Under the pieces are notes generated by a model that searched no databases, was not told the origin of the DNA, and saw nothing but the letters and a program-made list of their open reading frames with translations. A program made the position numbers and the translations under genes. A stretch of DNA of 64,000 bases from the human T2T-CHM13v2.0 reference genome, Homo sapiens. Of the stretch, positions 48,901-64,000 are shown one piece after another (the stretch's first letter is position 1; every line of letters starts with the position of its first letter). The stretch lies in NCBI RefSeq assembly GCF_009914755.1, contig NC_060944.1; one strand, written 5' to 3'.

Positions 48901-50726
48901 GCCTCTAAATATTTTTTAAAAATAATTTTCACCAGTTTCCATGGAGTGGGCCCTTGGAACTCCTTGTGCTGTTATGCCACCCATAGTGGTCTATTTCTGT
49001 TGTTTTAAGCCATCAAATTTGTATCCATTAGTTACACCAACTACAAGAAACGAATACATAGCTAAGTATTTTAAAAACATATGTATACATTTTTATTTAT
49101 TAAGAAATGGCATAAATTTGGTACATTTCTGACTCAGAACATTTGAATGTTAATAAAGATATTGAACTCATTCACAGTATTCTCCCTCTAAACAGCTGTC
49201 ATGCACTCCTATATCTCCACTCTAACTAGAGACTTCTTACTAAGAAGGAGGCAAAGCCATAAACCCAAAGGGTTCCGAGAAGAGTCTACCTGGGTTCCAG
49301 TACCCATAACCTGGAAGACAAGCCCATTAACCTTTCAGAGGCTCAACTTCCTCATCTGATAAGGTAGGGTGTGGACCATGTGGTGGATGAACATATTTTG
49401 TTTTCAACCTGCTTAGCATTTGTTCCATTGGGTTGATTGGTTATCTCCCATGGACCTCCTCTCCCTAGCAACAACGAATAAAATGTTGACAACATGGCAT
49501 ACAAAAGGCTAATGTGGATAGTTCCCTAGAACTCATTTGTGAAGGTTGGTAGGAAGAAGCTGTCTTTCCACCTTGGTTGTAAGATGGGGGAATGAATATC
49601 AACATTTTCTGCATTTATTTTCGCTATCATATACTGAAGGTTTATATGCAGCAGGAAAGATTAAAGCCATGAAGAGATGAGAGAATTTCAGAGAGCCACA
49701 GTCTTGGTAACATTAAGCCCTAAATCCAATCCTTTAGTCCCTGGTTCCAAAAGTTCTGCCTTGAATACTGTGAGGAACCCAGAATCCTCTGCAGGTACAG
49801 AATCAATCAACTCATATTTTTGGTTGAAATTAATGCATTTGATCTTCTTTCTTGTAAGTAAATGTTCTTCACTAATATAGAACATACTGGACTGGGCCCA
49901 GACCAACCCCACCTCTTTATTCCCTACTATGTACACTCCTGAAATCTCCCTGAGTTAGGTTCCTCATCTGTACAGTGAGTACAAGCATCCAGCAATTCAA
50001 ATGTTGCTGTGTAGATAATATAGATGAAATGTTTGGAATATAGTAGATGCCCAATAAATGTTAGCATTATTGTATTACCAATTTAATAATTTCTCAGGCT
50101 GGATATTGCCCAAATTTCACAGGGCACCACAAGTAGCAAAACACTAAGAAAAAGGCTTTGGATGCAGGGAAACATAGATTTGTACTTGCAGTTCAACACA
50201 CTACAACACACTGTGGGATGTGCGACTTTTATCATTCTTGTAGCCCTTAGGACATTGTTGATTTAAGCAAATTGGCTTAGCAAGGAGATGTTTTCTTTCA
50301 CATTATTAGAGGTCCAGAGGTGAGATTGGAACAAGGAGCAGTATGGTTGTGCAGATTGTCAATCCACACTTGTTACATATCTGCATTCATCTAGACTTTT
50401 TCTCAACCTTATTCCCCTCATGGTCATAAGATGCCTGCTTAAAGCACCTGGAGCAACACAGTTGCTTGTTTCCAGCCAACAAAGGGAAGAATTACTTTAG
50501 ATTACCAGATTTTTCTGCAAGCCTGTCTTTTTCTCTGATAGACCCAAACTGGCCAAGTTCAGCCCATATTTGAGTAAACCTCTAGCAGGGAACATGGAAT
50601 TATCCTAGTTGGCTTAGGTTAGTCATGGGGGTGGATTAAATATTGAGAAATCAACCAAAATAGCTCTTATCACTCATCACTCAACCTTTTCAAGTCTTTT
50701 TTTCTTCCTGTAAAATACCTAACTCA

Positions 50727-51245
<519 letters not shown>

Positions 51246-53128
51246 TCATTTCCCCTGTTCTGGCTTAAGCATGGGTACGGGTCACGGTTGGGCCTCATTC
51301 ATTAATTCTTTTAATGACATGCGCAAATGCCCATGCATTGAATAAAGAGAGGCCTTTGCACATGGAGGCAGCTTCTCCCTAGAGTGCTGAAGGAAGGGAG
51401 TTAGTCCAGAAGACCAGATGTATTCCTCCTCAGTTCCATTCCTCAGCCCTCAACCGTGGTAAGAGGAGGACAGGGAGAGAGAAGGGGCAATTATCAATGG
51501 GTAATGTTCTTGGAGAAAGACTAGTTTCCCTATCCATCTAATTGCCTAGAGTCACTCGGTACATTTGGAACTGGGTTCAAGTCCTGTCCTTCAACCCTAC
51601 ATCTCCACTGAGTTTGGGGTTGGCCTTTCTCTCTCCTCTGAAGGGTGATTAGCCTCTGAATTTGTACAGAAATTCACGCTGAGAGATGCACAGAAGAAGT
51701 TAAAACAATTAAAGAATGAGGTGGTCTTGGCAACAGCATATGGTTCCACTACTTATCTCTTCAAGAGAGAGAAGGGAGAGGGTTTCCTCTCCTCAACAAA
51801 AAGAGATTAGAACCTCAAGGGCCCTCTACAATTTTGGAGGTTCTCACCAGCCACCCTTTACCCTCCTACACAGTCATCATCACTACCCTACAATGTGTCA
51901 GGTCCTGGTAATAATCTCTCCTATTAAGCTTGGTTGTCAAAACCACAGACTGCCTAAGGAGCAGGTTAGAGAGAAAGGGAACTCCTGGCTGGCAGGGCCA
52001 GGAGGTAATGGTAGGAAGGCAGCCTGCATTGACATTATGTAACTTAAGGGAAACCTGTGGATTTTCCATTGCCATTTTGGCATTATGGAATGTGTCTGGA
52101 TTCAAGGGAAACATTACTGGGAAGGTCAGTTCTCCTGGTAGAACTGAGGGACACCTAATACCACTGTATTTCATGACGTTAATTCAGAGGGTGGTGAGGA
52201 GAAGGAAATACTGGTTATCCTGGGAATAAAAATACTGGGAATTAAAGAACAGTGGGGCTGGGCATGGAAGTCTCAGGACAGACCTGGGAAAGTTCAAGTG
52301 TCAGGGAATGACTCAACCCCTATGGGAAGGCTTTTTGCAAAAAAGACTTTGGAGAGATTGGTACACAAGACCCCTCATTCTGGTCTAAGAATTCCCTAAC
52401 AACAGTGCCAGGCCATGGTAGGAGATCACATCCACTCATTGACTTGTATGGGGAATGGGAGTGTGATCTCAGACTGGACTGTGGTGACCACTCAGGTACT
52501 TGCTATCAGGTCCCCATCACATTCCAGTTGGTAATGGGAAGGTGACTGGGATCATGGAGGCATGTAGAGATTCTACCTGCCTGAAGAGCCCTTTGTTTTG
52601 GCCCAGGAGATACTGGGCATTTTGGGGAAAACTTCACCTATGTTGAGATTCCATCAGAAGCTAAGATGTGGCTACTAGCATCTGTGACTGGAAGTTCAGG
52701 GTCATGGAATAAGTCATAATATACACAATGCATATACCTGGGCCCAGGTTTCTTCGTAAAACCTTAGAAGTCAGTCAGCCTTCTAGGGCCCAGTTTTCTT
52801 ACCATTTAGGCCATGCAGTGCACACATGTAGTTGCACCTTGCATATCCAGTATCTTTTTATTTGTAAATGTCTCCTATGTCATTGGGTTCTGGTGGGGTT
52901 GGCATCAGAGAAGGATGTGGCTTGTCAACATAGCTTGATTCAGTATTTGGCACAGGTTGTCCAGAATGGCTTACTAGAAAGGCTATTAGAAGAAACCTAG
53001 TCTACAGGGTAGTTCGTGGATAAAGGAGCATGGTGTTCAGTATGTAGTGATGATTTGGTACATGGTGAAGGGTTTTAAAGATTCATCTTCATAAACCCAG
53101 GGAATAAAGTGCATCAGGCTGTGCTCAC

Positions 53129-53476
53129 CATTCACATACACGGTGGTGCCTGGACCAGAGAAAAACTCCATGTCAGGGTGTCCTACCCTTAACTTCACAC
53201 AGTAGTAGGTGCCAGCATCCTCTGGCAACACGTCACTGATGCGAATGGAATAGTCAGTTTGATCAACCATTGTGTTTTCCACTGGAGTTACTCTGGGGAA
53301 GTGGCTTCCATTGCAACTAAAGATTAATTGTTGTCCTGGCCCAATGCTCTTGAACCACAAGACAGGCCCTTCTGGGGACAGAGCAGACATATTGCAGGCC
53401 AGGGTTAGGACATCTCCGGGATTGACTGACACTAAAGTCTGAGGCTATTTCACCTGGAACTCTTCTTCTGGAGTTC
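53129..53476 (-). pseudogene. Cryptic SIRP IgV exon in SIRPD intron 1 with one in-frame TAG (53445-53447)
   Basis: tttatttccag| acceptor, 348 nt, AAT G|gtgagc donor; reads TPEEEFQVK*PQTLVSVNPGDVLTLAC...VLWFK...FPRV...[10 protein letters not shown]...GPGTTVYVN. Confidence 0.92.
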
Positions 53477-54207
53477 CTGGAAATAAACATGGAATCATCT
53501 CTTATGTTCTCTGTCTTGGCTCAAGATGCTCTGAGGGTCTGGTTATAGGTCAAGGTGGGATCTCAATATGATAGCTTTATTTCAGCATCATGTGATGGCA
53601 CCAGTCATATAAAAATTACAATGCTGGGTGCCATGTGAGGTGAAGGGGAGGTACCAGTGTACAAATAGGAGAATGACACTTTCCTTCTGCATCGGGATAT
53701 GAGGATGGCCTGCAATATATTAGGCACTAAATAAACATATTTTAAATAAATATATGAGTATATTTTTATTAAATGAGAAAATGCAAAATAGAATTTGGGT
53801 CAGATTTTTCTAATTGTCTCAAAATCAGGGATACTGCCCCAAGCTAAGGACAGTATGTTGATAACCAACATACTGCATATGGAGTGACCTGCATATGGAG
53901 GCAGCTCCCTCCCATACCGGGTGTTCTGTGGTGTGAAAGGCCACTCATTCACCTCTCCCAGAGTAAACACTGAGGCATGCATTCTCAATGAAGTTGCTAT
54001 TTTCCATAAAAGGTCACAACTGGTTTTTGGAGTGTAGGATTATCTTAGATATTACAATGGTTGGTTTGTCAATGATCAATTCTACCAAACAAAATCTTAT
54101 TCCTTAGTACTTAATTGCTCTTGTGTATTCTTGGGTAGCACACAAGCCACACTGACATTGAGTTCATGGCAGATACACAAAATGTCTACAAGATAAGTTC
54201 TACAAAA

Positions 54208-54857
54208 TTGCAGTTATTCACAATAGCCAAAATATAGAAACAACTGAAGTGCCCATCAATGTATAAAGGAATAAAAATGTGATTATACACACACATACAC
54301 ACACACAAACATGCAGTAGAATACTATTTAGCTTTTGAAAATCAGAAAATTCTGTCACTTATGACACCATGGATATTATGGTGTGAAATAAGCCAGGCAC
54401 AGAAAGACAAATACCACATGATCTTGCTTATATGTGGAATGTCGCTTATATGTGGAATCCAAAAAAGTCAAACTCAAAGAAGTAAAGAATAGAATGTTGT
54501 TACCAGGGTCTGGGGTGGTGGAGAGTTGGACAAGGAAATGGGAGATGCTGGTCAAAGCCTATAAAGTTGTAGTTAGACATGAGGAATAGGTTCTGGTGAT
54601 CTATTGCACAGCATGGTGACTATAGTTAATGCATACTTCAAACTAGCTAAAAGAGTAGATTTTAAATGTTCTTACCACAAAGAAGTGATAAGTATGTGAG
54701 GTGATGGATATGTTAATTAGCCTGATTTGATCATTTCACTGTGTAGACATGTATAAGAACATCACATTATACCACATAAATATATACAATTATTATTTGT
54801 CAATTAAAACCAAGATAAAATTTAAAAAACCATCAAGTTGTACACCTTTAAAAACAA
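54208..54857 (+). mobile_element. L1MA 3' fragment
   Basis: 15-bp TSD ATAAGTTCTACAAAA at 54193-54207 and 54858-54872. Confidence 0.88.
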
Positions 54858-54914
54858 ATAAGTTCTACAAAACAATGGAGGACTTTATTTTGAATGGTTT
54901 TGCCATCTTACTCG

Positions 54915-57750
<2,836 letters not shown>

Positions 57751-58274
57751 CACAAATGTTGTGTTCAGGGACACTCAGCCCACACTCAGCTGGTGACCCT
57801 TTAATGTCCAAGCATCCACAGGCAGGCACTGGCTGCCATGGCTGTTTCCCCATTGCCTCCTCATGACTTCTGCCTCCTCCTCAGGGACCAGCTAGATGTC
57901 AGGGCCGGGAGAGGTGTTAGACCCTCTAGGAAAAGAAAGCAGAGCCAGGCTGGCACGTTCTCTCTGAGACGACAAGAGTCCCCATCCCCTTGTGATGTCA
58001 TCATCCTATCCCGTTGTTCTGAAATGATGAATTCCACAAAGGAATTCCTATCCATGGCCCCTGCTTGGAACTAGACAGGAACATTCCTCCAGCCTCCATC
58101 ATCCTCCCCTTCCCCTACTCTGAGGAATCTTCTCACCTTTCATTAGACTCTAAGTTCCTTGGAGAGTCAGTACTCACGGGTCAGTATCCAAGAGTGCCAG
58201 CTTTGGAATCAGATATAATCTAGGTTAGAATCCTGAACGCACCTCCTAAGAGCTGAGTAATCTTGGGCCCATGA

Positions 58275-58633
<359 letters not shown>

Positions 58634-58789
58634 TCTTTGTATACCTTAAATATTCAAGTTTGAGTTTCAGATCTGCACTCACAAACCTTATCTTCTCCCA
58701 CACCATGCCTGTTTTGTATATGGTACCATCATCTAAGCAGTTTGTCAAACCAGGAAGGGACTCATGTTCTATACCCTCACTTATCCACT

Positions 58790-59318
58790 TGTTACCAAGT
58801 GAAAGGGGGTTGCTGCCTGATGTGCTAGAAGCCAATACTGTGACACCAGGCTTTTGAGAAAAGAAAAGCTTTTTATTGCAAGTTGACTAACAGGAAGACA
58901 GAAGTCTACCTCAAATCTAGCTCCATGTGCTGGCTTCAAGGCAGTAGTTTTATTAGCAAAAGTTTAGGGGGTGGATTCTGGGATTAGTATGTGATTTGTG
59001 AAAGGAAAGGGGAGGTCTGGAAAGTCCTTGGGCATGTACAGTTATCTCTCTATGCCTCTTCACGGCTCCCATGTGCAAAACCCTGGGGCGTCATCATGAA
59101 ATACGTGGTAGAAACTCAGGCTGTGACATCAGCAAGCTCATTCTGAGCAAACTCCAGTTGGCCATATTGGTTCCAACAGATTTTAGTCAGTTTTGTTATC
59201 CTACAAGTGGAGGAAGTTTCGGCAGTTTAGCAATTTTTTTTTTTTCTTATCTGCTATCCTGTAAACTCAAGAATTTCTTAGTGACTGGTTTCTTTAACTC
59301 TTTGGGGGCATAGTTTCA
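58790..59318 (-). mobile_element. ERV1 solo LTR about 2 kb upstream of SIRPD
   Basis: TGTTA...TTTCA termini, 4-bp TSD CACT, antisense AATAAA near 58872. Confidence 0.8.
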
Positions 59319-60444
59319 CACTCCTATCTTGCCCCTACCAGGCCCTATTGGATTTACCTCCTAAATCCCTTCTGAATTAATCTCTTTCTCCATCTCTATC
59401 ATCATCTCTTGCCTGAATAAGAACAATTGCCTTCTCACTAGGGTACCCCCATTTTTATTTGCCCCCTATAATCTCTTTCTCCTTCTTCAGCCAGACTGGT
59501 CTTTTTACAACATAGATTTAATTATGTCCCTCTCTTGAATAAACATTTTTGTGGATTCTCATTAATCTGGAGGTACTATAAACAAGGCTTTCTTCTGTGA
59601 CTGACTTGCTCCCTTAGAGATGAAGGGATCCCCACCTTTCTGATACGTAGCATAGCTTCACTGTCCCAGGTTGGGTTCCCTGGGAGACAGACTCTGGGGT
59701 GAAGATGAACAAGCAGGTTATCTTTCAGGGAGTACTTTTAGGATCAACACTTGTGGACGGGAGAAGATGGAAGCAGGACTGGGTAGAAGAAGAAGCTGGG
59801 CTGCAATGAAGTCCCATTGAAGACCTCAGCTGACCTTGCATGGAGCCTGGTACTAGGATATTCCTCCAGAGTTGCTCTGAGTTAGGATAAGAGAGCTGGG
59901 CCTTTATACGACTAGGTTGATGAGTCCAATGAGATGTGGTTTGTTACCAGATACGACCTAAGCAAGGGCACTCCCTTCAGCTGAGACAATCGCAAATAGA
60001 GCTGATGCTGAGGACCATCTCCACAGCCAGGTGCCTCTCAGCATCCATTACACAATTCATGGGAACAACTTGTTCCTGTGAAGACTTGGGCTCAGGACAT
60101 TATTCACTCACTCATAGTCAGGTCCTCAAAGCTATCCCAGCTCACCCACATAACCCAAAGTTTTCTGATCCCACTTGGTCTGACCTGGATTTTACTAATG
60201 GGAAAAGTTTAGGGTGAGCATCACGGGGGATTGAGAAGCCACTTCCTCTGGGATCTGAGTGCCTAGATCTGGGGTGAGCTCTGGTAGTGGACAGAGGAAG
60301 GACGAGAGGAAAGGAAACCTCAGGCTTTTGAAGTGAGATAAAACTTTGGAATATCAACAAAGTCTCCCTACCGCACATTTCCTTGCATTGTTCCCCACGG
60401 GGTACAAGAGGCAAATAAAACCTAGCTGAGGACAAGACGTTAAT

Positions 60445-61380
60445 TTTTTCTAATAGACTTAATTTTTTAAGGACAGCTTTAGATTTACAGAAAAATTGAG
60501 CCCTATCATTAGCATCTTACATTGATATGATACATTATTATAATCAATGAACCAATATTGATACATTATGATTAATCAAAGTTCATAGTTTATTTAGATC
60601 TTTTCTTTTTACCTAATGTCGTTTTTCTCTTCCAGCATCCCATCCAGGATACCTGTTACATTTACTTGTCATATCTCCTCAAGCTTCTCTTGGCTATGAC
60701 AGTTTTTTAGACTTTCCTTGATTTTGATGACCTTGACAGTTTTGAGGAGTTCTGGGCCCGATGTTGCAGAATGCCTCCTTATTGAAATTTGTCTGATGTT
60801 TTCCTCATGATTAGATTGGGGTTGTGAGTTTTGGGGGGAAGGTAATAGAGGAAAAGTGTCATCTTCATCACATCATATTAAAGGTACATATTAGTGACAT
60901 GATTTATGATTCTTGATGTTGATTTATAACTGTTGATGAACTCTTGATCACCTGGCTGAAGCTGTATTTGTCAGATTTTTCCACTGTAAAGTTATTTTTT
61001 CTCCTTTTTTCCATGCTGTACTCTTTGCAAAGAAGTCGCAGTGCACAGCCCACACTTCAGGAGTGGAAGTTATGTTCCACCTCCTTTAGAGTGGAGTGTA
61101 TAAATAAATTATCTGGGACTCTTCTGCACTGGAGATTCTTCTCTTCTTTCCCATTAATTTATTCAATCATTTATTTATATCAGTATGGACTCAGATATTT
61201 ATTTTATACTTTGGACTATAACTCATTACTACTTTACTTATTTTTTTGCTGAAAGTGTTCCAGCTTTGGCCTTTGGGAGCTCTTTCAGTTGGTTCCTGCG
61301 CCTCTTTGATGTACTCCAGTCACTGTGGGTTTTGGTTTTGGGGTTGACTTTTTTTTCTTGTTAGCACTTTCTTACTTTCT
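60445..61380 (-). mobile_element. L1MC 3' region
   Basis: tttagatttacagaaaaattgag and caatgaaccaatattgatacattat motifs. Confidence 0.75.
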
Positions 61381-62164
61381 AGAGGATGTTGAATTTTTGA
61401 TGGAATGTTTTAAACAGAAAGAAGAGAGAGTAGTCTTTAAAGAAAGAGCTTGAGAATACAGCACACAAGCCAAGTGATCAAATGAAGAGAAGTTTTCTTT
61501 TGAAATCCAACACCTAGTAGAAACCAATGACCTCAATGATGTATTCACTCATTTAAAAAAATTGACAGCCTATTATATGGCAGACACAGTTCTGGCAACT
61601 GAGGATACAGATAATCCTCCCCCACCCCCAACCCCCCACGATATAACTGACATTCCATTTGCGTAACATAGATAAATACAGGCAGTTCTCACTTTGGTGA
61701 TGACATGCATGCATTTCTCTTACCATAGTTTAGTTAAGTAACATCAGTCCCACAACACAAGTCTCAAAATTTAGGTGCCATAGTAAATTTAATGTAATTT
61801 GCATAGAGTACAAACTTCTGGGCTAGCTCTTCAGTCCACAAATCACCATGGTAATAAAAGCTCGTCATGATCAGTAACCAGTCATGTTGTGTCTTTCAAA
61901 GTCTGTTGGTGATTGGTCCCTATGGCTCTCCTACTCAAACAGCAAATCCTATAGTTGGGTTGCCTCCTTGCCTCCCAGTGATGAGCCCATATGACATTTT
62001 ACAGAAATGAATAATTGAAAGAGGAATTTTGCAACCAAGATGAAAGTGCAGTGAAGAAATGAGAAGTGAAAATGCTGCAAGTGAGGTTCAAATTGAATGT
62101 GAGTGGAATTCTAGAAGTACAAATAGTTGACTGTGGCAATGTAGACCCTGATGCAGGAACTTCA

Positions 62165-62709
<545 letters not shown>

Positions 62710-62727
62710 GAAACAATGCTTGCTCCG

Positions 62728-63138
62728 TGTATTAGCCCATTCTCACACTGCTATAAAGAACTACCAGAAACTGGATATTTTATGAATAAAAGAGGTTTAA
62801 TTGGACTCACAGTTCCACAGGCTTAACAGGAAGCATGACTGGGAGGCCTCAGGAAACTTACAACCATGGTGGAAGGAGAAAAGGAAGCAGGCACCTTCTT
62901 CACATGGTGGCAGGAGGGAGAGAGAGAGAGAGAGCGAAGGGGGACTTGCCACACACTTTCAAAAAACCAGATCTCATGAGAACTCACTGAGATCTTATGA
63001 GAACTCTCTATCACAAGAACAGCAAGGGGGAAGTCCGCCCCCATGATTCAGTCACCTCCTACCAGGCCCATCCCACAACACATGCAGATTACAATTTAAG
63101 ATGAGATTTGGATGGAGACACAGAGCCAAACTATATCA
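62728..63138 (-). mobile_element. THE1 (THE1D-like) solo LTR
   Basis: tgtattagcc...cagagccaaactatatca; TSD CTCCG/CTCCA. Confidence 0.88.
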
Positions 63139-64000
63139 CTCCATATTAGAAATATACAAAAAAAGGCAAGCACTCTTCCAACTACTCTGGATACATTTTT
63201 ACAAAGAAACAGCACTTGAACTCTCAATGTTTCTAATGCTTTGAATTGTAGTGCACAAATAAATATTTATTTCATTATATTTTCATTGTCCTCTACATTT
63301 GTAACTGAGAGTGTGAGAGTTTCTAATATTTTGACAAAAAATGGTAAAGGTCACAGAATGATCATTGTTTTTCTGATTGACTATGGAGACTGCTTTCCTG
63401 GGTTTCAGGTTGCACAGTCATTTTTGCAATCTTGCACTGCCATGAAAAGTGAGGGCTGCCTGTATTCGGCATAATACTCATCAAAATAAGGGCTAAAGAA
63501 AAATTAATTAGGATAAGAGAAATTAGAATGCCGGGATAGAGAAAATAAATAATATTTTATACAAGGTAGTTTATAGAAGGTGCCTTTAATGAAGTGACAT
63601 TGAGCAGAGACTTGAAGGAGGGAGAGCGGGAGCCATGCAGCTGTGTTGGGGAAGAAGCAGAGAAGTGATATGATTTGACTTTTCCAAAGAATCACTGTGG
63701 CTGAAAAATGAAAGCCAGAGGAGTGGTCCCCAAAGAGATGATGCTGGCTGGGACAGGGAGGGGTGGTGGAGGTGAGAGGTGTGGAGAATAGGGATTTAAC
63801 TCTGAGGTTTCCAGCAGCAGGCTTGGACTGGGCCCTGAAAACCAATTGTTAAATTTCAGGAATCTTGCAATCTGGTTGTTTAACTGTTGGCAGTGTGAAA
63901 TTGGTCAGGTTGGGAGTTATTACACTAGAGAAATTGGCAAGCACTGCAAAACAGCTTTTGGTTTTTCCCTTTCAGAAAGTCCATTGTTAAACATTTACCA

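Overview
Primate (almost certainly human) genomic DNA from the SIRP (signal-regulatory protein) immunoglobulin-receptor cluster. It holds one complete protein-coding gene, SIRPD, on the minus strand. Its four coding exons (56763-56835, 50873-51220, 36334-36489, 33603-33619) total 594 nt = 197 aa + stop. There is extra SIRP structure around it. (1) A second, nearly intact IgV exon lies in SIRPD intron 1 and is disabled by a single TAG. (2) A complete degenerate SIRP-beta-like receptor gene (leader-V-C1-C1-TM-tail) spans about 14.9-36.4 kb and overlaps the 3' half of SIRPD. (3) SIRPD exon 3 is that dead gene's 5'UTR/leader exon reused, and it carries a ~24-nt insert that matches the dead gene's own IgV exon. 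(4) SIRPD exon 4 appears to be exonised antisense L1. The rest is mostly interspersed repeats: old L1M blocks, a ~5.7 kb L1PA, Alus, MaLR/ERV1 solo LTRs, a Tigger element, MIR/L2 and a U6-L1 chimera. Most ORFs in the supplied track are spurious or repeat-derived. Repeat subfamily names and comparisons with other SIRP genes are from memory and need RepeatMasker/BLAST confirmation.
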